From the NCBI GenBank assembly GCA_050116835.1, contig JASFNW010000005.1:4037-68036 (forward strand): a stretch of 64,000 nucleotides of DNA, written 5' to 3'. Shown here piece after piece: positions 48,482-58,956 of this stretch. Positions within the stretch are counted from its first letter, which is position 1. Each line of letters opens with the position of its first letter. The notes under the pieces were generated by a model that saw nothing but the letters and a program-made list of their open reading frames with translations, had not been told where the DNA came from and searched no databases. The stretch is from Desulfobacterales bacterium (GTDB lineage Bacteria > Desulfobacterota > Desulfobacteria > Desulfobacterales > JAHEIW01). The translations under genes and the position numbers were made by a program.

Positions 48482-50569
48482 TTAGGCAACATTCTTTTTT
48501 TCTGCCGCTGCTTTTTTGACCAGTTCGTCTGTGATGGACTGCGGTACCCGCCGGTAGGTTGAAAATTCCATTGTAAATTGGGCCTGACCTTTGGTTACAG
48601 ATCTTAAGTCGGTGGAATAACCGAACATCTCAGACAACGGAACTTGGGCTTCAATTTCACTGAATGGCCCTTCATCCTGTGAGCCCACAATCATGGCGCG
48701 CCGCTGGTTTAAAGTTGACATGACGGCTCCCTGGAATTCAGTGGGGGTCTCAACTACCACTTTCATGATCGGCTCCTGAATAACCGCCTTGGCCTTGGCA
48801 TATCCTTGCAAAAAAGCGCCGCGAGCCGCCGCCTGGAAAGCCATATCCGAGGAATCCACTGAATGCGAGGCACCGTCATTGATGACGATTCGCACGCCGG
48901 TGACGGGAAATTCCATTTTGGGACCTTTTCGCATACAATTTCGGAAGCCTTTTTCGCAGGCGCCAATATACTGGGTCGGAATCGTACCCCCCACCACCTT
49001 GCTTTCGAATACGAAGTCCTCATTTTGAACGGGCTCCATATAACCGGAAACTCTACCGAATTGCCCCGCGCCGCCGGTTTGTTTCTTATGGATATAATCA
49101 AATTCGGCTTTTTGGGTAATGGTTTCGCGATAGGCCACCCGCGGGGCGCTGGTCGTCACTTCGGCCTGGTACTCGCGCCGCATGCGCTCGATATAAACGT
49201 CCAGATGCAGTTCCCCCATCCCTGAAATAATCGTGTCGCCGGTTTCGGAATTCACAGACACCGTGAAGGTCGGATCCTCTTTGGTAAATCGCCCCAGGGC
49301 TTTGGCCACATTGGTTTCCGATTTGTTATCCTTGGGAAATATGGCTAAAGAAATGACCGGTTCGGGCACATACATGGAGGTCATGGTCAGACTGAGACCC
49401 GGGGCAACGAAGCTGTCACCGGAGGCACAGTCAATACCGAACAGCGCGCCGATATAGCCGGCGTAAATGGTCTCGATATCTTCCATTTGGTCTGCATGCA
49501 TGCGGATCACACGTCCGACTTTTACTTTTTTGCCGGTGCGCACATTTACGATCGTATCCCCCTTGGTCAGAGAGCCCTGATAAACGCGGACATACGTAAG
49601 CTGACCGTATGGGCCGTCTTCCAGCTTGAAGGCCAATGCAACCAGTGGCTTGTCGTTGTCGTTACTTAAAACGATCGGTTGTTCTGACTGGTTCATGTCC
49701 AGCGCTTCGTTTTTAACGTCGAGCGGGCAGGGCAGAAACCGGGTAACGGCATCCAATAACGGTTGAATACCTTTGTTCTTATATGCAGAGCCCATGTAAA
49801 CCGGTGTTATCTGACGTTCGATGACGCCGCGACGGACAGCGGCGATAATCAAATCCTCGCTGACTTCTTTTTCTTCCAATACGGCTTCGGTCAATTCATC
49901 TGAAAACATGGATGCCTGATCGATGAGGTGCTCGCGGGCGGCTTGCACGGCGGGCATCTGTTCGGCAGGGATTTGCGCGTGGCATACGGTTTCGCCTTTA
50001 TCCCCTTCAAAATAAACGGCCTTCATCGAAATGAGATCGATCACACCCTCAAAGTCGGCTTCTAACCCGATGGGCAACTGCATGGCGACAGCATTGTGCC
50101 CCAGTTTTTCTTTGAGCTGTGCTACCACCCGGTGCGGATTGGCACCGCTGCGGTCACACTTATTGACAAACGCAATGCCGGGTACCTTATAGCGCTTCAT
50201 CTGCTGATCGACGGTAATCGACTGGGATTGAACGCCGGCGACGGCGCAAAGAACCAGTACGGCGCCGTCGAGCACCCGTAGCGAGCGTTCAACCTCTATC
50301 GTGAAATCGACGTGACCGGGGGTGTCAATGATATTGATTTCGTGGTCCCGCCATTCGCAATATGTGGCAGCCGAAGCAATGGTGATGCCCCGTTCCTTCT
50401 CAAGTTCCATGGAATCCATGGTTGCGCCCACGCCGTCTTTACCTTTTACATCGTGCATGGTATGGATGCGCTGGGTGTAGTAAAGAATGCGTTCCGTCAA
50501 TGTTGTTTTACCGGAATCAATGTGGGCACTGATACCGATATTTCTGACTTTCTGGATGTCTGTATTCAT
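48482..50569 (-). CDS. Elongation factor G paralogue
   Basis: It carries [20 protein letters not shown]...[23 protein letters not shown]...NKCDR, and all five EF-G domains are recognisable. ATG 50569 has an AAGGA RBS. Confidence 0.9.
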   Translation of the reverse strand: MNTDIQKVRNIGISAHIDSGKTTLTERILYYTQRIHTMHDVKGKDGVGATMDSMELEKERGITIASAATYCEWRDHEINIIDTPGHVDFTIEVERSLRVLDGAVLVLCAVAGVQSQSITVDQQMKRYKVPGIAFVNKCDRSGANPHRVVAQLKEKLGHNAVAMQLPIGLEADFEGVIDLISMKAVYFEGDKGETVCHAQIPAEQMPAVQAAREHLIDQASMFSDELTEAVLEEKEVSEDLIIAAVRRGVIERQITPVYMGSAYKNKGIQPLLDAVTRFLPCPLDVKNEALDMNQSEQPIVLSNDNDKPLVALAFKLEDGPYGQLTYVRVYQGSLTKGDTIVNVRTGKKVKVGRVIRMHADQMEDIETIYAGYIGALFGIDCASGDSFVAPGLSLTMTSMYVPEPVISLAIFPKDNKSETNVAKALGRFTKEDPTFTVSVNSETGDTIISGMGELHLDVYIERMRREYQAEVTTSAPRVAYRETITQKAEFDYIHKKQTGGAGQFGRVSGYMEPVQNEDFVFESKVVGGTIPTQYIGACEKGFRNCMRKGPKMEFPVTGVRIVINDGASHSVDSSDMAFQAAARGAFLQGYAKAKAVIQEPIMKVVVETPTEFQGAVMSTLNQRRAMIVGSQDEGPFSEIEAQVPLSEMFGYSTDLRSVTKGQAQFTMEFSTYRRVPQSITDELVKKAAAEKKNVA

Positions 50570-50666
50570 ATGGCAATCCTTCAATGTTCTGGATTAAAAA
50601 CCCCCATCTGCTGACCACGCGATGGGGGCGGCTGTCCCTTACGGTAAAGCGGCACTATTTAATGAT

Positions 50667-51398
50667 CTATTTTGCTTTTGTCAAGCTATTTTTTTTCTGG
50701 TGCTTTTTCTTTTTTAGGCGTTTGGTTGCCGGACGGTTTCTTAAGAGCACATAGGTGGCACCTGCTCCGCCGTCACATAATCGAGCACTGGCGTATGCCA
50801 TGACCCATTTGCGCCACGGTCCGGTGGTAAGCCATTGAATGACCCTTGTCTTTAAAACCGGATCCGCTGGAGAAGACAGCCCGCGACCGTGAATGATTAA
50901 AATCATTCTTTTGCCGCCGGCGATAGTTTTCTTGAAAAATTGATCAAAAAGCGTTTGCGCGCTTTCCACGGTCTGGCCGTGTAGATCGATATGATCCTGA
51001 ATGGCAAATTCACCGCTGTGAAGACGCCTGGCGATGGCACAATTCACATTGTAGCCGGTTCCTTCGATGTATTCGGCGGTATCGGCGACAACAAATCCCT
51101 TTCCGTTTTTGATCAGTTCTCTCAAGTGAAGCAACGTTTCGGAGTCATCCGTTTTATCCGGCCCTGAAACCATAACGGGTTGGAATTCAGGGTCAGCACG
51201 GGTGTCTTGAGGCAGCTTTTTGACATCCGCCATGGCAGATTCAAATAGCTTACGCTCTTGATCCGGGTCGTCTTCAGGTTCGGGGATATCTGGCGTCTGT
51301 TTTTTCGTGGCGGCTTTAAGCGGTATCGACCGGTTGCCCAGTAGCATCTTGAGATCTTCAAACGGGCGATACAGCCCTTTTTTTTGGGAAGGCTTCAT
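50667..51398 (-). CDS. Smr domain protein (SmrB-like)
   Basis: It carries HIDLHGQTVESAQ...ILIIHGRGLSS...LKTRVIQWL plus a basic C-terminal tail. Confidence 0.8.
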   Translation of the reverse strand: MKPSQKKGLYRPFEDLKMLLGNRSIPLKAATKKQTPDIPEPEDDPDQERKLFESAMADVKKLPQDTRADPEFQPVMVSGPDKTDDSETLLHLRELIKNGKGFVVADTAEYIEGTGYNVNCAIARRLHSGEFAIQDHIDLHGQTVESAQTLFDQFFKKTIAGGKRMILIIHGRGLSSPADPVLKTRVIQWLTTGPWRKWVMAYASARLCDGGAGATYVLLRNRPATKRLKKKKHQKKNSLTKAK

Positions 51399-51613
51399 CT
51401 TTCAACATCTCGTTTCGATGTGGTTTCGATTTTAGCGGAAATCCGCAGTATAGTATAGGATCTTTTTGTGCAGAAAACAAATGCGGATTGCACTTCCCAT
51501 TATCAAAATCATTTCTGAAGTTGATTTATTACACATTCGTATTACTATGGACATTTAAATCAGAGGCGAAGGGGTCAATACCTAAAACCATGAGCTAGAG
51601 GCGTATACACGCG

Positions 51614-53509
51614 ATGGAGCTAAAAAAACGATTTGCAGATAAGGTGATTGATGCAGCAACGGCTGTCTCCCATATTAAAAGCGGCAGCCGTGTGTTTATC
51701 GGTACCGGGTGCGGCGAACCCCAGCACCTGATCAAGGCCATGGTCAATGATGCATCTATTCAAGACATCATGGTCTATCAGATGCTATCATCGACATTTT
51801 CACGGTATATCGACGACGATTCATTTCGGCGCAGATTTTCTCCCAAGCTGTTCTTCATCAGCGATAGCATGCGCAAGGCTGCTTTTGAGGGTAAAATTGA
51901 CTATCTTCCGGCGTATTTGTCCCAGATTCCCCGGATGTTTGCCAGTCACCGCATCGGACTCGATGTGGCACTGGTTCAAGTCAGCCCTCCCGATAAATTC
52001 GGTTATTGCAGCCTGGGCGTTTCGGTGGACATCACCCGTTCAGGTCTGGAAAACGCCAGGCGGGTCATTGCCCAGGTGAATCCGCTCATGCCGCGTACCT
52101 GGGGGGATAGTTTTGTACATGTGGATGCGATCGACTGGCTGGTGCCTTTTGAAGAGCCCTTAGTGGAAATGTTTCCGGCCGTCAAGCACTCCGAGATAGC
52201 TCGGCGCATCGGGCATTTTGTATCTCAGCTGGTGGATGACGAGGCCACGCTTCAAATCGGATTCGGCCATTTGCCGATCGCGATCGTGCAGTCCTTGGAT
52301 ACCAAAAAGGATCTGGGCCTGCACACCCAATGGATCACCGATGGCCTGCTGCCGTTGTTTGAAAAAAAGGTGATTACCAACAAGAAAAAGTCGCTATTGC
52401 CGGACAGAGTGGTGGCTTCGTTGTGTATGGGCTCAAAAAAGCTATATGACTATGTGGACAACAATCCGGCCTTTTACTTCCGTTCTTCTGAATTTGTAAA
52501 TGATCCCACCGTAATTGCCCGCAACGATCATCTAATTTCCATTAGCTCAGCCCTGGAGGTTGATTTAACCGGTCAGATTTGTTCGGATTCTGTGGGGTAC
52601 ATGTTTTACAGCGGCATTGGAGATCAGGTTGACTTTCTAAGGGGCAGCTCCATGTCAAAGGGCGGATTTTCGATTGTGGCGTTGCCGTCTACGGCGCAGA
52701 ACGGAGCCGTTTCACGCATCGTGTCCCATTTGAGTCAAGGTGCCGGGGTTGCAACCACTCGCGGGGATGTCAACTTCGTTATTACCGAATACGGCATTGC
52801 CGAATTGCAGGGCAAGAGCATTTACCAGCGTGTCATGGAGTTGGCCCAAATTGCGCACCCGAAATTTCGTGAAGAGCTTATAGAGGTGGCCAAACAGCGT
52901 CATTACATATTTGCCGACCAGCTTCCGCCTTCAACCGAAGATTTACTGTTTCTGGAAGGCTACAAAAGTACTTTTACCCTGAAAAATGGAAAAGCCATTG
53001 AATTTAGGCCCCTGTTGCCTTCGGATGAAATTGCCTACCGAAATTTCTTTTACTCATTGCAGGAAAAAACCATATACATGCGATTTTTTTACCGGATGCG
53101 CTCCTTTTCGCATGAGGTCGTGCAAAAGCACTGGGCCAGCATCGATTATCGTAAAAATATGACTATCGTCGGCCTTGTGCAAAAAGGCGGCCACAAGGCG
53201 ATCATAGCGATTGGAACTTATGCGTACGATCAGGATCAACAGGCGGAAGTCGCTTTTGTTGTTCGTGAAGATTACCAGGGCCAGGGAATCGCGTCTTATC
53301 TTCTCAGCGTTCTTGAGCGGATTGCCAGAGAAAATCAGTATACGCGTTTTTCAGCAACGGTTCTGCGGGAAAACACTGCCATGATCCGGGTTTTCAAAAA
53401 GCGTTACCCAAATTTAAAAATTTCAACGCAAAACGGCAACGAAATTCTGATGACCATGGATATAGCGGACGTTCAGAAAAATCCAGAATCACCGTCCGAA
53501 AAATCCTAA
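51614..53509 (+). CDS. Acetyl-CoA hydrolase/CoA-transferase family domain fused to a Pat-type GNAT acetyltransferase
   Basis: The N-terminal roughly 430 aa carries IKSGSRVFIGTGCGEPQHL...SGIGDQVDFLRGS. The C-terminal GNAT reads AEVAFVVREDYQGQGIASYLLSVLERIARE...VLRENTAMIRVF. Confidence 0.8.
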   Translation: MELKKRFADKVIDAATAVSHIKSGSRVFIGTGCGEPQHLIKAMVNDASIQDIMVYQMLSSTFSRYIDDDSFRRRFSPKLFFISDSMRKAAFEGKIDYLPAYLSQIPRMFASHRIGLDVALVQVSPPDKFGYCSLGVSVDITRSGLENARRVIAQVNPLMPRTWGDSFVHVDAIDWLVPFEEPLVEMFPAVKHSEIARRIGHFVSQLVDDEATLQIGFGHLPIAIVQSLDTKKDLGLHTQWITDGLLPLFEKKVITNKKKSLLPDRVVASLCMGSKKLYDYVDNNPAFYFRSSEFVNDPTVIARNDHLISISSALEVDLTGQICSDSVGYMFYSGIGDQVDFLRGSSMSKGGFSIVALPSTAQNGAVSRIVSHLSQGAGVATTRGDVNFVITEYGIAELQGKSIYQRVMELAQIAHPKFREELIEVAKQRHYIFADQLPPSTEDLLFLEGYKSTFTLKNGKAIEFRPLLPSDEIAYRNFFYSLQEKTIYMRFFYRMRSFSHEVVQKHWASIDYRKNMTIVGLVQKGGHKAIIAIGTYAYDQDQQAEVAFVVREDYQGQGIASYLLSVLERIARENQYTRFSATVLRENTAMIRVFKKRYPNLKISTQNGNEILMTMDIADVQKNPESPSEKS

Positions 53510-54033
53510 TCATGAAATGGCTATTATTATGTCCTTTTACTTGTGGTGGGTTGTATTCAAGCGGGTGTCATGCCCTCCTTCCTGACAGCGTTTAAATTTT
53601 CCATCTTGTAGACCTGCACGAATCGTCATATCAGCACCGTAACGCAAAGATTTAGCTTGCTAAAACCGTGTTTTTTTTGTAATTTAAGAAAGATAAGGGC
53701 TGTTTTTGATTATTTCCCAAAGGTTGTGGATTGCAGCGTGTATCTGTTGAATAATATTAAAATTTTTAAAAAAAATAACCGAAATTTACGGTTGTTGGAA
53801 ACCCGGAAACACGCAGTAAATTCAAATTCGCCATCGTTTGAGCTGCATTTTTGCAGAAGGGTGAAATAGGTCAATTAAACCCCTTTTAGGACTGAGGTGA
53901 GCAGAGGTGTTGTTGAATATGGATCCTTTCCGCTGTTGTTTTTTATTTTTTTAAAGTGCCGGGGTCAAAAGTCAGGTTGGACAATCACTGGCGCAATTAT
54001 CAACCAAGATAAACTACTTATCAGGAGGGGCAA

Positions 54034-54438
54034 TTGTCATACACGCTGGGTCAAAAACAACTCGATCGAATAGAGGATATTTTAAATCAGGATTTGATTG
54101 AAAATGGGGTCCGCTGCGTTTTTCTGATTGATATGGCCGGCAATATCATCGCGAACCTCGACAACGGGGAAAAACAGCACGATATCTATTCACTGGCAGC
54201 CTTAGCTGCCGGAAATTTCGGTGCAGTCAGTGCTATGGCCAAAATCATCGGCGAGAATGAATTTTCGTTGCTGTTTCACAAAGGTAAAAAAGAAAATATC
54301 CATTTCAACAAAATTACGACGGAATTTTTACTAATTACCATTTTCGGCAATGATATTTCATTAGGATTCTTACGATTGAAAGTCGCCGATTCCGTTGAGC
54401 AGCTAAAAACCATATTAGAACCGCTCCTGTCGCTGTAA
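54034..54438 (+). CDS. mglB: Roadblock/LC7 protein MglB (GTPase-activating partner of MglA)
   Basis: VFLIDMAGNIIANLD...SLAALAAGNFGAVSAMAKIIGENEF...ISLGFLRLKV aligns closely by eye with Myxococcus MglB. It has a TTG start after AGGAGGGG. Confidence 0.85.
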   Translation: MSYTLGQKQLDRIEDILNQDLIENGVRCVFLIDMAGNIIANLDNGEKQHDIYSLAALAAGNFGAVSAMAKIIGENEFSLLFHKGKKENIHFNKITTEFLLITIFGNDISLGFLRLKVADSVEQLKTILEPLLSL

Positions 54439-54496
54439 GACTATAATACCTGCTGTCTCGGCACTTAATTTGGATCTTCGTGCGTTAAACGATCAC

Positions 54497-55102
54497 ATGG
54501 CATTTGTAAATTTAAAAAATAAGGAAATCCAGGTAAAAATTGTCTATTACGGTCCCGGTCGAGGTGGCAAAACGACAAACCTGGAATATGTATATAGAAA
54601 GTTCCGGAAGCGTATCAACACCGAGATGGTCACGGTTAAAACTCACGGTGATCGTACACTTTTCTTTGACTTTTTACCATTCGATATCGGCATGATCAAT
54701 GGTTATGACGTCAAGATACAGCTTTACACTGTACCCGGCCAGGTCAAATATAACGCCACCCGGCGGTTGGTACTCAGAGGCGTGGATGGCATCGTTTTTG
54801 TGGCCGATGCAATGGCAGTCCGCCGCGAAAAGAATATTTTATCTTTAAAAAATCTTCAGGAAAATCTTGCCAACTATAAAAAGAGTATCTTCAAGATTCC
54901 GTGTGTCATGCAATATAACAAGCTCGACCTGTTAGAGCAAGGTATACCGCTGCTTCCGACCGATATTCTTGAAAATGATCTCAACAGCCAGCTTAAAAGG
55001 CCTTCTTTTTCCGCCAGCGCGTTGAAGGGCACCAATGTCGTAACGACCTTGAAAAAAATTATCTCAATGACCGTAGCGTCCATTAAGCGGGATTTGAAGT
55101 AG
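54497..55102 (+). CDS. mglA: Ras-like small GTPase MglA
   Basis: It starts MAFVNLKNKEIQVKIVYYGPGRGGKTTNLEYVY and carries DRTLFFDFLP. The MglA-specific G3 motif is LYTVPGQ and the G4 motif is QYNKLDL. Confidence 0.9.
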   Translation: MAFVNLKNKEIQVKIVYYGPGRGGKTTNLEYVYRKFRKRINTEMVTVKTHGDRTLFFDFLPFDIGMINGYDVKIQLYTVPGQVKYNATRRLVLRGVDGIVFVADAMAVRREKNILSLKNLQENLANYKKSIFKIPCVMQYNKLDLLEQGIPLLPTDILENDLNSQLKRPSFSASALKGTNVVTTLKKIISMTVASIKRDLK

Positions 55103-55111
55103 GAGGGTAAA

Positions 55112-55924
55112 TTGGCCGACAACACCAAAGACAATAACCTCGACTCGGAAATTGCCAAACGGCTCGATGATCTTTTCGGAGAAGGAGATAGCGCTTCTGA
55201 TGACGATCTCCCTGACGAATCTGAGGACAGGGCTTTGGCCGGAAATGAACCTCAAAAAGAAGAACCGGCGGCGGCTGCCGAAACGGAAATGTTAGATTTA
55301 AAAGAAGCGAACGCCGACAAAGCCGAAGTGGAAGATGTGCCGGATGATTATCCGCTGGCTGAATTGAAGAATTTGGTGCTTTCAATTGACTGGGAGATAA
55401 CCGATGAGGCATTGGCCAGTTTGCTGTCCGAAATAAACAGCCTTAAGAAAGCCTACGAGCAGGAAAAAATTGTATCGATGTTTTTACAGCTTCTGGCATC
55501 TCTGGGGCAATACATCAAAACAAACCGCGGCGATGCCCATCCGAAAACATTTAAGATTTTAAATTCGGTATTTGCACGCCTGGAAGAGGTTGTTCTCAAC
55601 AAAAGCATGACAGAGGCTGACAAGAAAAATTTATTACGCGCCGAAATGCAAAAATATAAACAGCTGCGAAATAAGGTTTCGCAGAAAAAAGCAGCCGCCG
55701 GAGGCCGCAAGGCTGCACCGACAGCAGCAAAAACAGAACAACCCGTTGCGGTGGCTTTGGATCAAAAAGCTGAGCGGCGGGATAACGTCCGAGCGCCGTC
55801 AGCCGATGCGGGTGCACCCTCTGCTGAAGCACTGGCAGAAGCCATAAAAGAGTTGAAACAATTTATTCATTCCGAATTAAATGCCCTAAAACAGGAATTG
55901 AGAAAACTCCAAAAATCTAAATAA
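55112..55924 (+). CDS. Acidic N-terminus / helical core / coiled-coil C-terminus protein (hypothetical)
   Basis: It has a TTG start 4 nt after AGGAGGG. Residues 1-80 are D/E-rich. The core reads LKNLVLSIDWEITDEALASLLSEINSLKK. The C-terminal heptads read ELKQFIHSELNALKQELRKLQ. Confidence 0.55.
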   Translation: MADNTKDNNLDSEIAKRLDDLFGEGDSASDDDLPDESEDRALAGNEPQKEEPAAAAETEMLDLKEANADKAEVEDVPDDYPLAELKNLVLSIDWEITDEALASLLSEINSLKKAYEQEKIVSMFLQLLASLGQYIKTNRGDAHPKTFKILNSVFARLEEVVLNKSMTEADKKNLLRAEMQKYKQLRNKVSQKKAAAGGRKAAPTAAKTEQPVAVALDQKAERRDNVRAPSADAGAPSAEALAEAIKELKQFIHSELNALKQELRKLQKSK

Positions 55925-56051
55925 CATTCCTTTAAATCCCCTTTGCCCGGAAGAGTAAGTCGCCGCAAGCGAATGGGATTTATTGTCAACCGCACCCATG
56001 CAGTTATTACGTTGATCCCAGGACTGGAAACGGCACCGTTGAGGTAGAATT

Positions 56052-56531
56052 ATGGATTTTTCGTCAAGCGAATTATCCGCCATGGTATTTAAGCGTGTCG
56101 TACGGCAAGATTTCGAAGAAGTCCCGCTCGATCGCCAAATGCTTTCCGTGTTCATGGAATTGGACGGAAAGACACCATTGGGCAGTGTGGCGCAGAAGGT
56201 TGGATTAACAATGAGTGCCATGCGCCAACTGATTGCCAAACTGATGCAAAGCGGGCTTGTCCAAAAGGTAGAGCAAGGTATCGCCACGCTGGACAAGGAT
56301 TTCTTCGACTATCTGGTCGTCCATCTATCGCTTGCTGTCGGACCTATTGCGCAGGTGCTGATAGAAGAGGAAGTTGCAAGCCTGGGTTACAAACTGGCGC
56401 ATTTTCCCGGGCATCGGGTTGCAGAACTCGTAGACAATTTAGCTCGTGAAATCCGACGGAAAGAAAAAAAGGACGTTTTCCTGAAATCAATGGCCGTTAA
56501 GATACGTAAAAAAAAATATCTGTCACCCTAA
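56052..56531 (+). CDS. Winged-helix-like small protein (hypothetical)
   Basis: MELDGKTPLGSVAQKVGLTMSAMRQLIAKLMQSGLVQKV resembles a MarR/TrmB-type wHTH. The C-terminal helical domain is unassigned. Confidence 0.5.
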   Translation: MDFSSSELSAMVFKRVVRQDFEEVPLDRQMLSVFMELDGKTPLGSVAQKVGLTMSAMRQLIAKLMQSGLVQKVEQGIATLDKDFFDYLVVHLSLAVGPIAQVLIEEEVASLGYKLAHFPGHRVAELVDNLAREIRRKEKKDVFLKSMAVKIRKKKYLSP

Positions 56532-56643
56532 GCAGCGTACTTGCTGTCTTTAACTCCTTTATGAAATCAATTTTGTGTCTAAGATTAACAGACAGCCGCC
56601 GGCCCATCGAATCGACTAGACATCTTTTTTGAGGAGCGCAACC

Positions 56644-57801
56644 ATGATTGTCATTTGCGAGGAATGCGGTAAAAAGTACCGGATCGACCCTTCAAAGATC
56701 AAAGGTGACGCTGCGCGCTTTAAATGCCGGGTGTGCATGCATATGATCATGGTCTCCAAACCATCACCTGTATCGTCGACAGCCGTGCCGGCTGACTTGT
56801 CCGACAGCGAGCCGACTACCGACTCAGGGTTAAAGGCGCCACCGACCGACGAGTCTGAGATCAAACTTGACCGAGTCGCCAGCGAACATGCTCAGGTCCA
56901 GGCAGCTCGCAAATCCGGCCCGTTGAATTTGCGCATCAAAATGCTGTTGCTGTTTTTCTTTATCCCATTGGCTTTGCTAATCGGTGCCAGCTTTCTGTAT
57001 CTATGGCAACAGGATAAATTGGCGACCCTGCTAACCGAACAAAGCACAAAAGTCGTCAACCAAATGGCAGAAGAAAAAATTGCAGATCTATCAACCGCCG
57101 TTGCCATTCAATGTCGGCTATATCTGCTGGCCAACCCGAACTTGGCCGAAGAAGACTTTATGAATGATATGGGCTTTAAAACCCTTGCTGTGCAAAAAGT
57201 CGGCTTAACCGGCTATACGGCGCTTTACGAGCTGCCGGATTTAGATGGTATCTGGCGCACTTGGGCGCATGTGAATCCAAAGATTGTCGGTATTGATATG
57301 GCAACATTGAAAGGACCAATGGGTCGGAATTTTCCCGGGTTCTGGAAAATATTCAGCGGCGTAAAAGGAGGCCAACGATCTCAAGGCTATTACACCTGGC
57401 AGGACAAGGACGGCCAATTTCGCGAAAAATTTATGGTCTGTACGCCGGTCGCCGGAACCCCGTATGTTGTTGCTGCGACGACCTATTTGGATGAATTTCA
57501 CGGACCGGTTCAACTTATGCAAAACCGTGCAGATGAGTTGACGAAAAAAACGCGCTGGATTATCTGGGCCATTCTGGGTGCAACTGTGGTGTTGATCGGA
57601 TTGATAGTCTCCATATACAGCCATCGGCTAACAACGAAAATCAAAAATTTAACCGATGTCGCTGAACGGATCAGCATCGGTGACCTTGGTATCGAAATCA
57701 AAGCCCACTCCAAAGATGAAATCGGTGAGCTGGCGGAAGCGATATCCAGAATGCAGGAGAGCATCCGCATGTCAATTGAGCGATTGCGGCGACGCCGATA
57801 A
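56644..57801 (+). CDS. MJ0042-type zinc ribbon - TM - periplasmic sensor (Cache-like) - TM - HAMP protein with no output domain
   Basis: The zinc ribbon reads MIVICEECGKKYRIDPSKIKGDAARFKCRVCMHMI. There are two TM helices. The HAMP domain reads LTTKIKNLTDVAERISIGDLG...DEIGELAEAISRMQ, and the protein ends 15 aa later. Confidence 0.7.
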   Translation: MIVICEECGKKYRIDPSKIKGDAARFKCRVCMHMIMVSKPSPVSSTAVPADLSDSEPTTDSGLKAPPTDESEIKLDRVASEHAQVQAARKSGPLNLRIKMLLLFFFIPLALLIGASFLYLWQQDKLATLLTEQSTKVVNQMAEEKIADLSTAVAIQCRLYLLANPNLAEEDFMNDMGFKTLAVQKVGLTGYTALYELPDLDGIWRTWAHVNPKIVGIDMATLKGPMGRNFPGFWKIFSGVKGGQRSQGYYTWQDKDGQFREKFMVCTPVAGTPYVVAATTYLDEFHGPVQLMQNRADELTKKTRWIIWAILGATVVLIGLIVSIYSHRLTTKIKNLTDVAERISIGDLGIEIKAHSKDEIGELAEAISRMQESIRMSIERLRRRR

Positions 57802-57908
57802 TTGCTCTTGTGTAATATCTTACACGACGGTCACTTCTCATTCAGCTCGGCCAGAAAAAAAGCCTAACAATTCGACGCCAAGAAAACAGTATTGTCCAAG
57901 GAGTCATA

Positions 57909-58907
57909 ATGGTTGTTATTCCAACTCAGCAGCCGGTACTTCAAAATTTAAATGCCTACTATCTTGATATTAGAAAACTGCTGGAGCATTTCCAGGGCGA
58001 AATCGGATCGGGCGGCATTCATTTTCAATCGCATAAAGCCGAGGGCGTGTTATTTTTCGATCAAGATCAGCTGCTGAGTGGTTTTTTGCAGGAAAAAAAT
58101 AACACTCTGTCAGGAAATGAAGCGATCGAACGTCTGCTGCAGGCAGGCAACGTCTATAATTTCAGCGTGACTGTCTATCATATTGATTCAGAAGAAGTAT
58201 ATTACTGGGCCGCTATTCAAGCAGCGGAAAAAATTTATAAAGATCTGAGTACAGAATTTACGGATCTGGAAGGACTCATTAAAAAAATGGGTTCTGAAAA
58301 GCTGACCGGCTATATTGATATCCGTATCGGCGACGGCGAACAAAAAGGTTTCATATTCCTGATCAACGGAAAAATCAGGGGGGGCTCGTGCTCCTGGGGC
58401 AACGGGATGCCAAGTCCATCCAGTGAGCATCAAGAGTTGCTCATCCAAAAAACCAAAGAATTCGGTGGTACCTTTAATGTTAGCCGAATTGATTTAAACC
58501 ATCTGCCCGCTGACAGCACTCCGACCGAAGAAGGTCAGACCCATTCAGAATCCGCAATTGTGATGTTGGAGGCCTTGCTGGTGATATTTGAAACAGTGGT
58601 TCGCGAAAATACCAAAAAAAAGACCAATTTTCAGAAGTTGCTCAAGCAAAACCTGGTCGAAAGTGCAGACCGTTTTGCTTTTCTTGATCCATTTGCAGGC
58701 GAATTCGAATACACCCAGCAAAGCATCGCCTTTTCAGGCCGCGCCAGCGATCGCGATTTGGTTCAGGGTGTCTGTGCGGTGGTAAAGAAAATGGCTCACG
58801 ACCTGGGCCTGTTATCAGCTCTGTTGCAAAAGTTGGAATCGTGGTCAGAAGAATATGTGGATGAATTGCTTTATTACGATATCAATTTGACTGAAATAGA
58901 CATGTAA
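57909..58907 (+). CDS. Hypothetical protein with two DUF4388-like modules
   Basis: Module 1 reads LDIRKLLEHFQGEIGSGGIHFQSHKAEGVLFFDQDQLLSG...GNEAIERLL. Module 2 reads LEGLIKKMGSEKLTGYIDIRIGDGEQKGFIFLINGKIRGG. Confidence 0.5.
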   Translation: MVVIPTQQPVLQNLNAYYLDIRKLLEHFQGEIGSGGIHFQSHKAEGVLFFDQDQLLSGFLQEKNNTLSGNEAIERLLQAGNVYNFSVTVYHIDSEEVYYWAAIQAAEKIYKDLSTEFTDLEGLIKKMGSEKLTGYIDIRIGDGEQKGFIFLINGKIRGGSCSWGNGMPSPSSEHQELLIQKTKEFGGTFNVSRIDLNHLPADSTPTEEGQTHSESAIVMLEALLVIFETVVRENTKKKTNFQKLLKQNLVESADRFAFLDPFAGEFEYTQQSIAFSGRASDRDLVQGVCAVVKKMAHDLGLLSALLQKLESWSEEYVDELLYYDINLTEIDM

Positions 58908-58956
58908 TCAAAAAAAACGTATCGCATGGTGCATTCCAAAATCAAAGTGCGGGACC

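Noticed and set aside
53657-53869. 70-aa ORF in the AT-rich spacer upstream of mglB
   Set aside because: It has low-complexity Lys/Asn/Phe composition typical of AT-rich noncoding DNA and has no RBS.
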